From contig RBNJ01000336.1 in assembly GCA_003990765.1 (NCBI GenBank), positions 1 to 32,766 on the forward strand: a DNA stretch of 32,766 bases, in the 5' to 3' direction. The DNA comes from Jimgerdemannia flammicorona (Eukaryota). The notes beneath the pieces are model-generated. The model was given only the letters and a program-made list of their open reading frames with translations. It was not told where the DNA came from and searched no databases. Positions within the stretch are counted from its first letter, which is position 1; each line of letters begins with the position of its first letter. The translations under genes and the position numbers were made by a program. Below are positions 22,900 through 32,766 of this stretch, piece after piece.

Positions 22900-25420
22900 A
22901 CTGCTTACACTTCAAGCTTTTGTCAACTAAGCATCTGTCAAGATTATGATAGACTGTGGTGTCTCAGGCAACTTCATTAATGAAGAAACAGCCAACAGAC
23001 TCAAGGTCCTGACATCTCCAGTACAACAAACTTAAGCAGTTACCACAGCTGATAGAACCTCTCATGTCATTATCAAGGGAGTCTGCAACCTGTCCTTCCA
23101 AATTGGTGACTACTGAGTACATATTATCCTCCAGATCATGCCACTTCCTGACAACAAAATTATCCTTAGAACCCCATGATTAAAACAAGAGAACCCAATA
23201 ATCAATTGAATAAACCATTCCCTGACCATCAAGTAAGGATGCCACAACTTCAAACTGCAAGGTGAAAAGAACCCACTCAGTTCCAGTAACCCTGGACCAA
23301 AGATCACTCATATCAATAAGCTACAGCTCAAGAAATTGGCCAAGAAGTGCCCTCTCTTTGCCATCCCCATCTACCCATCCAAAGGAGAACCTGAGAACTC
23401 TGAAGAAGACTTTTCCAAAGTTGACAGCTATATTAGACTCCTACTTCAGAAATTCCAAGATATATTCCTAAAGAAACTCCCAAAAGGCCTACCTTCTAAA
23501 TGAGTAGTAGACCATACCATCAAGACTATCCCTGATGCCAAGCCAGCCTTCAAGTCAATCTACCACATATCTCTGAGAGAAATCAATGTACTCAAGAAAG
23601 AAATTGACAAACTTCTAGAACAAGGATTCATCAGACCCAGTGTATCACCCTATGGTACACCAGTCCTCTTTGTTGTAAAGAATGAAGAAGACCTACAAAT
23701 GTGTATTTAATACTGTAACCTCAATGAACAGACCATCAAGAACTGTTGCTCACTATCCAGAATTGATGAAATTTCAATAGGCTTACCAATCCACAATTCA
23801 TGAGCTCTTTTGACCTGTAAAATGGGTACTGGCAAATTGCCATAAAAGAAGAAGACATCTACAAGACAGTCTTCTGAACTTGCTATGGACATTTTGAGTT
23901 CCTGGTTATGCCCTTTGGCTTAACTAATACTTCTACAATATTCCAGATCCTGATGAATACTATCTTACACCCATATCTAGACAAATTTGTTATTGTCTAC
24001 ATTGATGACATTCTAGTCTTCAGCAAAACCCTAGAGGAACATCTCAAACTCCTTGAACTAGTACTACTGAAACTCCAAGAAAACTGACTCTTTGCAAAAC
24101 TCAGCAAATGTGAATTCCTTCTGAAGGAAATCCAATTCCTTTGGTACATTGTTACACCAAATGAAATCAATGTAAACTTCAGCAAAATCTCTGCAATCAA
24201 GGAATGACCCAGACCCAAGAAGCTGAAAACCTCTAGTCATTTCTAGAATTAACAAACTATTACAGATGATTTGTTACCAACTTTGCCAAAATCACTACTG
24301 CCCTTACCCAAATGACTAAGCACAGTAAGAAAGAAGAACAGTCCTGGACTATAAAATAAGAAAAAGACTTCAACAATCTTATAAATTAGGGACCTCATTA
24401 AGATACAGCCTTTCAAGTACTAAAATATATCTTGATAACCACTCTAGTACTTCAAGTGACAAACCCTGCACTACCATACAAAGTCACTACTGATGCCTCT
24501 GACTTAGCTCTTGGAGCAGTGCTCATGCAAGAAGGACACCCTATAGCCTATCACTCTTACAAGTTCAATGATGCCAAAATTAACTATGCAACTCATAAGA
24601 AGGAAATATTAGCCATTATAGATACTCTGATCAAATGGTGATCATACCTAGAAGGAGCACACTTCACTATATTGACTGACCACAAGTCATTAGTCAATAT
24701 CAAGACCCAGGCTACCCTTTCCTGAAAGTAAGCCAGATTGTTGAATGTCCTCACAAACTTTGACTATAAAATCCAGTATTGCCCTGGTAAGGAAAATATT
24801 GTTGCTGATGCAATCTCCAGACCACCAATTGAAGAAGTTATCTAAATCCTCACCTTGGTTATAAACTCCATCATAGAACAAATTATTACAGCATGTGCAG
24901 ATAATAAGAAAGCTCAAGCACTCTGAGAAATTCTGAGCAGTGACAATGCTGATAAGTTCATCCAGTACCATCAATATCAACTGAAAGATAATGCTATCTA
25001 CTACAAGGACAGATTGTATATTCCAAATAACCAAGACCTCTGAAAAACTATCCTATTCAAATGTTATGATACCCCTACCACTGGACATTTAGGATTTGAC
25101 AAATGCTATGAAGTAATCTCCCAAAACTTCTATTGGCCCTATATGGCAGATAAGCTCAAGATCTACATTACTTCCTATGATGCCTGCCAATGGAACAAGT
25201 TCTCAACTCTAGCAAAACCTGGCTTACTCCACCCTATCCCAGTACTATACACTAATTGGAAACAAATTTCTATGAACTTCATTGTACAACTACTCTGGAC
25301 CAAGAACAGGAAAGATGTATTTATTATCTTTATAGATTATCTCAGCAAACAAGCTAACTACTACTACTACAATAGCACCAAATATAGCCAAACTCTTATT
25401 TGACAATATCTTCCAATACA
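22900..25420 (+). pseudogene. pol: pol: aspartic protease, RT, RNase H, N-terminal integrase
   Basis: IMIDCGVSGNFI (22943-22978), [54 protein letters not shown] (23995-24024), TTDASDLALGAVLMQ, NYATHKKEILAI, GHLG..SYDACQ, WKQISMNFI. Confidence 0.95.
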
Positions 25421-25499
25421 CCTTTCTCCTGTAAAATTCACATTATACCAACTTCAAACAATAGTTTTCAACATAACTTAGAGAAAAGGTACTATAAAA

Positions 25500-27530
25500 A
25501 TGTCATTGAGCAAGAGTTCCAATGGACATACTGGGTCAGGTGGATCTGGAGCATTGGGCTGGCAGTATGTGGGGAGAGGTTATGGCCTGAGGATGGGGAC
25601 CTTTAGAGGGTTGAAGGGTGGAGAGGGATCTGGAGAAAGACTGGCATCAGGTGGAAGTTGGGGAAGACCTGACCTCTCTAGATTTTCAGACAAGGTAAAG
25701 GGTAGTGGATGGCCAGTTGGAGCTAGGGCTGGTGCTGCTGAGGGAAAGGACAAGGCAAGCATCAGTAGGGATAGTGGTTCCCAGGTGAGGGATTTGAGAA
25801 TAGGGGCTGGAGGTGCTGTAGCTGGGGATGGAACTACTGATGGGAGTGTGATAGGGAATTAGGAAAAAAAGAAGAGATATGATGGCTGATGGCAAGGTGG
25901 GGCAGGGGTTCTCAAAGCAGAAGAGAGACCTGGCAGATGGTGTAATAGGGCTGGTGGTATCACCATTACTCAAAAAGTTGATCTTGGAGATTGTAGTAAT
26001 CTTGTGCTTCTGGGGCTTTGCAGTGATAGTGAAGATGGTCCTGGGGATCATCTCAAAGCAGGTGGCTGGGGCTGCTTCAGTGAAGTTCCTAAAGGCTCTG
26101 GAGGGAATTGTGGTGGGCTTTAAGGAGGTGGGCCCACTGAAAGAGGCTCTGAAGACTAGAGTGGCAGTTGGGGAAGTAGTGGTCCCTATGGTGCACTGTC
26201 TTAGATGGGACTCTAGAGTGGTTCAGTTAATGGTAAAGAGGGTGCCTATGGTAATGACAGTTGAGACAAGAAGGAGGGTTGAGGAGGTAATGGCAGAGTA
26301 TGGCAATGGGGTTGATATTGGTTTCTAGATTTGAGAGGAGACCACCATCAGGACTAGAGATGTTGACATCAGAATTCAACTGGCAGAGAAGGAGGCCACT
26401 GGAAAGATGAGTTACTGGCCATCAGTAATTCTATGGGAGGCTTATATTTGTCAGGTGTTGAGGGTGAAAGAGAGTGAAGAGAAGGAGGAGAAGGATCTTT
26501 TAGAGGCTCTAAAGGAGATGAGTGGAGCTGTTGAGCAGAGAGTGAAGGCATGGAAGAAGTATGTGGAGTTGATGTATTTGGAAATTGTGGAAGGAAAGCA
26601 TATCTACACTGATAGGAGGCAGTGAGAGAGGGCATAAGGGCATAAGAGACAGAGAGAGCTGTTGGTGAGTATGAAGAGTAGGGTAAAGAGGAATGATGGT
26701 GGTGTTGAGGAGGCTGGGGGTGCTGGGTGAGTGTCTGGACTGGAAAGAGGAGGGGGGATGATGAGGAGGATCAGAAGGGAGCCGAGAAGTCACTACCCAA
26801 TGACCCATATGCAGATGGCACCTTCAAAGTCTGGGAACAGAACTTGAATGGCACTCCCCCCCGTCTTATTAGGAGGGGTCCTGCAGTGAGAAGCTGGGGG
26901 GTGAAGGATGTGCCAATGCATGGTACTTATCAAGTTCATTTTGGAGTTCCCAATGTGGAGAAGGGGGGTCAGTTGGTGGCAGTTGGTGAGGATGAGCTGG
27001 TGGATATCATGAAGGAGGAGTGGGATGAGTCTGTGAGTGCAAAAGCAGACATGATAATGCTGAGTACAGAAAGGCCAGCATCTCTAGGTGGGAAGGAGGT
27101 GGGGAATCTTTTGTGGATGAGCAAGATGATGAACAACTTTGTGGCAGAAGAGTTGGGCAAGGTGGACTTGAAAGTGATGAGTGAGGAGCACTGGGTGAGG
27201 ATTTTGCATAGTGATGGAGTAGTGGAGGTGCTGAAGGCTGAGGTGCTTGCAATTTTTCTGAAAGAGGAGGGGTATGAAGTTGATAAGGAAAGGAAGGCTG
27301 AGCTAGCAGTTGTGGCCAGTGAGAGGGCTGCATACTGTTGGGCTGAGCATCATGAGTTGCAGCTCTGGCAGAAGACATATCTGGAGTGTCAGGAGGAGTT
27401 TGAGGAAAAGAAGGATGGGGAGATGGCTGAACTTCTGGTGGGATTGGAGGTGAAGATGGCTGCAGAGGAGGGAGTAGATAGTAAATACAACCTAGATTTG
27501 GTGAGGAAAGAGATGAATATGAACTTATAG
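25500..27530 (+). pseudogene. Family A ORF1 (copy A2), disrupted
   Basis: Fragments 25500-25862, 25879-26328, 26407-26625 and 26727-27530 match A1 ORF1. Confidence 0.8.
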
Positions 27531-27571
27531 TGGAGGAGCAGAACTTCTAAACATTATTCCCAATAAACAGT

Positions 27572-30500
27572 ATGACTAACTTTTTTTCTCTGAATGTGAA
27601 TGATCTATAAGGCTCTAGTTAGTATAAGAACATTTTCACTTGGCTTAAGGGTTTGGAGGCTGATCTTTTTCTGCTACAGGATGTTCAATGTGAGGACAAT
27701 GAGGATTGGGAGAAATGGACTAGAGAATGGGGAGGATCTGCAGCTTGTATTGACAAAGTGGTAATTTTGGTAAGGGGTGATAAAGGGGACTTAGGTGGAA
27801 TAAGGAGCTGGGGAAACTATTTGGTATAGGGGGAGTGACATTGACCTGGGTGGGCACCAGTGAAGATTGAATCTTGCTACTGCCCAGCAGTTAGAGGTGA
27901 GCAGATTGCATGGATTATAGTTCTTTGGAAGATGGCACTCTACTGGAGGAGGGGGTCAATATTCTGGGTGGGGACTTTAATATGGTGCAGGATATTCAGT
28001 TGAATAGGACTGATGGAGGCATGAGTGCTGGTAGTAGGAGTGGTGGCTTGGATATGTGGGAGAAGGTGGAGAATCTTAGCTCTCTGGGGGATATGAGGAG
28101 GACAGAGTGGTGAGCTAGGAGAATTTACACACACTGGGTGAATGGATTGAGTACAAGGATTGACTGGATCCTGACAGCTGAATGCTGGGGAATGGATGTT
28201 TGGAAGACTCTGGAAGTAGTGTAGTGCCTATGGTCTGACCATTGGGGTCTCTTGGGACAGAGGCAGTTTGGGGGGAGTAGAGATGGACCTGGACATTGGT
28301 GCCTTAACTCCTCTCTGCTAGCTGAGAAGGTTTTGTGGGATCCATGGGTAGAGGATATCCAAGTGAAGATTGCTTGCTAGACACATGAGGGGTTGCCAGT
28401 AGGTATTCAATGGTTAAAGTTGAAAGAGACTGCACAGGTTTACTGAGGAGGGGCTGGTAGAGAGGCAGGAAAGCAGTGAAGGAAAAGAGTGAGGTGTGCT
28501 TCTAATTGGCTGATTAGACTGTAATGAAATGGGCTGATTTGCTAAATTCTGATGAGGTGGATAATTGGAGGTTAGTGCAGGCAAAATTAGAGGTGATGGA
28601 GTTACAACAGGTGTTGAGAGAGGAGGAGGAGATGCATATGAGAGGAATGGCAGCTAGGCTGCAGTGGCAGGGTCTTGAGGAGGGGGAGAGGCCTACTAGA
28701 TACTTGTCACAGCTCCTCCAGGCCAGGAGGGTGTGGCATCAGTAGGATGGGGTCCTGGATGCAGAGGGGGAAATGGTGTATAGCATGCAACAGATCTTGG
28801 GGATACTGAAAGAGAGGTGAAGGGGTCTGTGGAGCAAGAAAGAAGGGGGTGAGGATGAGGAGGCAATTGGAAACATGCTGGAGGATTGGGAACTACCATG
28901 AGTGGAGGGCCTTGGTGACTTGATCCTTCTAGTCCAAGAGGAGGAGATCCAGAGAGTCCTTGCAGTAACTAAGCTTGGGATGGTGCTAGGGAAGGATGGG
29001 CTATCTTGGGACTTTTGGAAGAAGATGGCGAAGGTTCCTGGAGTTCTAGAAGAGATGGCAGCCCTTTGTGACTATGTTCTTCTGAATGGTGAATGGGTTG
29101 GAGAGCAGGACTTGGAGTTGGTGGCACTGTTGTATAAAGATAAGGGGAGGAGGGAGGACAGGAAGAAATAGCAGCCAATTATGCTTCTGGATATAGACAG
29201 GAAAATAGTGACCAAGGTGGTGGTTGCAAGACTACAAAAGGTAGCCCAACAGGTACTGGGTGAGGAGCAGCAGGGCTTTGTTAGAGATAGGCTTATTAGA
29301 GACAGAACTGCCTGAGTTCATAGTATTATTGAAGGAGTGCAGGCTTGTAGATTAGATTGAAGATTGGTTTTTTTGGACCAGGAGAAGGCCTATGACTGTA
29401 TCCAGAGGGTGTTGCTGGGCAATATGCTGGATATAATTAGTGTTCCCCCATGGTTTCGAGTTTCTATATTGAATCTGTTAAAGAGCAGTAGGGCAGCACT
29501 GATGTGTAATGGTCACTAGGGTCTGGCATTCCCCTTGAGAAGAGGAGTGCCTCAGGGAGACCACTGTCTCCTATCCTGTATATCCTTTCTTTGGAACCTT
29601 TCATAGATAGGATTAGACAAAAGGTAGTGGGGCTCTCTATATATGGTATAGTGTGGAAGGTGGGGGCCTTTGCAGATGATATGGTAGTTGGACTTAGTTT
29701 GTTGGCTGATGTGGAGGTACTTAAGAAGATGGTTGAATGGTATGAGATACATTCCGGAACAAAGCTCAACTGGCTTAAGTGTGAGATGATGGTGCTGGAG
29801 AATGGGCTAGTGGGTGGATATATCATTGGAACAATTGTCTCTACAGGAGAGGTGGAGAGATACTTGGGCTTCTTTCTTTCTATCTATGGTTCTATCTTGC
29901 CATGAGTGTGGTGGGAAAGGAGGGTGGCTATTTGGGGAGAGGCTCTTAAAGGATGGAGAGGGTACCACATCTCCCTAGTAGGTCAGGTATCAATCCTGAA
30001 TGTCTACTGATTCTCTAAGCTGTGGTATATTGTGTATCATTTGGACTTTCCAGCTTAGGTGGTGAAGTGACTGATGAAACGGGCTAGAGACTGGATCTGG
30101 GCAGGAAGGCAGTCACAGATTGGTTGGGACACTCTGGTGACACCAGTGGTTCAGTGAGAACTTGGTCTAGTGGACTTTCCTAAGAGGCTATACTCCTTGC
30201 AAGCTTGGTGGTTGAAAAGGACTATTGATTTGCAGGGAAAGAGTTGGGTGCTGCTGATGTAGAAGGTGTGGGAGATGAGATTTTCCCCATGAGAGTCCTC
30301 AGGAGATTTGCTCTCTCTTGTGGGTCTGGATGGAAACTAACAGCTATGGTATAAGGGCTTCTGGTGTGGGGTGGTAGATGGCATACACTGAATAGGCCTA
30401 CACTGGCAAGGTAATGAAGGAGAGATGCTGTGGGGTCCAGCTTTGTGGCAATGGGACAGACTGCTTCTGGGGGGTGTTCTGCTCACTGAGTTCGATTTTG

Positions 30501-31132
30501 GTGATAGAGTGGAGGATCAGCAGGGACTTGGCCAGGATCTTTAGCCAAGTAGTTGGTAGGAAGAGAGGATTGGTGAGGAGTGGGACTGGGCAGAAGTCTG
30601 GTCATAGAGTGCTGAGGTACAGAGGTGGCATCCTCCTAAGTTCTGGGTAGTATGGTGGCAGATGCTGCAGAGGAATATCATGTTGAATTTCTGTGCTGGG
30701 CATCTGGTAGATGGTGGCTGATTTTATTGTGAGGAGTGTTATAATGTAGGGCAAGTTGGGGTATTTATGCAGATACCGGAACATTGGGTGGGAGAGTGTG
30801 AGGCTTTGGGGGACTTTTGGATAGTAGTAGGGGACCAGCTGGGTGTGGAGAGGAGGCCAGATAGTGAGAGAGGTTGCTGGGAGGATTTGAAATCCCATTT
30901 AGTGAGTGGTGTAGGCAATAGTTGACTCATGATAGGGTGGGTTTTAGCAGTATAGGTAGGGCTAGCTGGACATTGGCTATTTGTTTTTGAGGAGGGGTAT
31001 CAGATGGGTATATAGGAGAAGTTGTTGAGATGGAAAGAGTTGATGGGAGATCTGCTGACAGAGTAGTAGGTTGGGTGGGGTCCACAGAGTAGGTGACATT
31101 ACCATCTGGTGGAAGAGATCTATAAACAGAGT
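27572..31132 (+). pseudogene. Family A ORF2 (copy A2): APE + RT + Cys/His finger, disrupted
   Basis: LNVN, ADLFLLQ, ILGGDFN, RIDWI, SDH; FLDQEKAYD, AFADD, SGTKLNWLKC, RYLG. Confidence 0.92.
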
Positions 31133-31311
31133 AAGGGGTGGGCCACCATAGACCCTGCTGTGCCTAGTATAGTTGAGCTACTGGACAATAACTAGCCTAG
31201 ATTAATAGGGGAGCAGTGCTTGGTGGGTGGTGGGGGAGGGTTTTGGCCAATATAGTCTAGGTTCTCTTCCAATAAAAATCTGCAGAACTTTGAGTCTATT
31301 AAAAAAAAATA

Positions 31312-31332
31312 ATATATATATATATATATATA
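31312..31332. repeat. (TA)n microsatellite adjoining the A2 tail
   Basis: Read directly. Confidence 0.8.
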
Positions 31333-31596
31333 CTTTTTCAGTTTGAGTAATAGACATTACTATTTTTTTCTTAGTAATAACTAGAGCTTTCTTTGATTCT
31401 ATTTTATTTTTAGTCTTTTTTAGATATTTGGTAGTAATGTGTCCTTCTTCTTAATAGTAAAAACAGGATTTGCTCTTATACAATTTTTCTTTTTCTTTGA
31501 TATAAGTCTTGATTAGTACTCTAAACAAGTTAATTTAAATCAAATCTAGATTTGATTCATCATGTAATGGTTTGACCCAAATCTCAAATTTGAAAC

Positions 31597-31966
31597 AATC
31601 TGAATTAACTCAGATTAATCTAAATTACTTCATCTGAATTACTCTATCTGAATCACTTCATCTAAACTACTCTATCTAAACTACTCAATCTGAATTACTC
31701 AATCTAAATCACTTAATCTGAATTATTCAATCTGAATCACTTAATTCAAACTACTTAATCTAAACTACTCAATCCAAATTACTCAATCCAAATTACTCAA
31801 TCCAAATTACTCAATCTAAATCACTTAATCTGAATCATTCAATCTAAATTATTTAATCCAAATTATTCAATTTAAATTATTTAATCTGAATCATTCAATT
31901 CAAATTATCTCATTTAAATTATCCAATCTGAATTTTTTAATCTGAATCCTTCAATCTGAATTATTC
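31597..31966. repeat. 14-bp minisatellite, about 25 degenerate units (aatc[tg/ta/ca]aattactc)
   Basis: Three exact aatccaaattactc units from 31771 with period 14, and variants on both sides. Confidence 0.88.
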
Positions 31967-32742
31967 ATATAACTTATATATAGAATATATCTACATATAA
32001 ATATATATATATATAAATATACAAAAAATATATATAAGCATATATACAAATATATATGTCAACAGATCAGTCTTTAATAGTTCATAGTACCAATGATGCT
32101 TCAAGTTAAACATCTTCAATAGTTCCAAACTTTCTATGCAATCTTCATTCTAAAATCTGACAATATTGTGCTAAGACTAGAGATGATGTTATTTGTAATT
32201 ATTATAGGTAAAAAATTAAAAAAAAAAAAAAAATACATTTATGATATAACTAATGCTTTTATTTAACATATACATAATATTCCACTAACCTCTTTATACT
32301 ATATAGCCAGAAGTTTAAAATACTTAGTGAGTCAACTTCAAATATATATTAATATATAAAATACAAATACTCTAACAAAATTAAAAAGAATACAAAAATA
32401 AATAAAATTGATATCTGTATATTCATCTGATTGTCTGACTATTTCTGTATTTTTAACCCTATTTAATTAATAATATTTAGCTATATTTATCAGCAGAATT
32501 TTGAAATTGACTTATTTGTTAGATTGTATATATAGACCAACTATTCATAACTATTAAGAGTAACTAGTTGCATAGTATCTTTGGCTTCCTCAAGTATGAT
32601 TTATATCTGCTAAGTACCAATACTATTTATAAAGATATCCTAGAGGTCTATAGAAAAGAGTATAATAATCTTTACCAGATACTTTAGGTAAAATAAATGA
32701 ATAAGAACAATACTATGACTATTGTAAGCTGAATTATATATA

Positions 32743-32766
32743 TTTTTTTTTTTTTTTTTTTTTTTT
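32743..32766. repeat. Poly(T) tract at the window edge, possibly the poly(A) tail of another minus-strand retroelement
   Basis: 24 T running off the window. The interpretation cannot be checked here. Confidence 0.5.

Larger units (their letters stand above)
19549..25420 (+). mobile_element. Ty3/gypsy LTR retrotransposon with dUTPase, heavily mutated, truncated in integrase
   Basis: Domain order gag(CCHC)-dUTPase-PR-RT-RNaseH-IN. Ends at APNIAKLLFDNIFQY, where family A copy A2 begins. Confidence 0.92.
25421..31309 (+). mobile_element. L1/Tx1-like family A copy A2, with intact 5' end and poly(A) end and an apparent internal deletion near 31132
   Basis: Colinear with the reverse complement of 64-5772 up to about 31132, then switches to the tail shared with A3. 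AATAAA at 31271 and A9 at 31301-31309. Confidence 0.93.

Noticed and set aside
27560..27600. Apparent non-AUG start or branch-point (actaac) at family A ORF2 (ATG in A2, ACA in A1, implying ancestral ACG)
   Set aside because: An in-frame ATA three codons upstream in both copies could be a G->A-mutated ATG, and splicing here would remove the LNVN APE motif.
31597..31966. CRISPR-like periodicity
   Set aside because: Contiguous 14-bp units with no unique spacers, in a eukaryotic context with no cas genes.
31970..32742. AT-rich DNA as a possible gene or centromere/origin element
   Set aside because: No ORF or diagnostic motif; most simply an extremely decayed repeat.

Overview
Eukaryotic, probably fungal, repeat-dense region made almost entirely of decayed retroelements. 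I recognise no intact cellular gene. Left to right: (i) an L1/Tx1-like LINE ('family A', copy A1, minus strand, 1-5772). (ii) A head-to-tail array of three copies of a second APE-type LINE ('family B': B1 5778-7450, 5'-truncated; B2 7461-14381; B3 14398-19531). Each B copy has no poly(A) tail and ends in short telomere-type CCCTAA repeats (perfect after B3, degenerate after B1 and B2). (iii) Two minus-strand, TSD-flanked insertions inside B2: a 1.19-kb poly(A)-tailed piece with the family-A 3' end, and a 675-bp orphan carrying a coiled-coil ORF. (iv) A Ty3/gypsy LTR retrotransposon with a dUTPase between the Gag zinc knuckle and the protease, truncated in integrase. (v) A second family-A copy (A2, plus strand, 25421-31309). 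(vi) An AT-rich tail with a 14-bp minisatellite. All elements carry many C->T/G->A changes and are CpG-depleted. The best candidate for an undescribed system is family B, an apparent telomere-associated, tandem-arrayed APE retrotransposon. All alignments were done by eye; no database searches were run.
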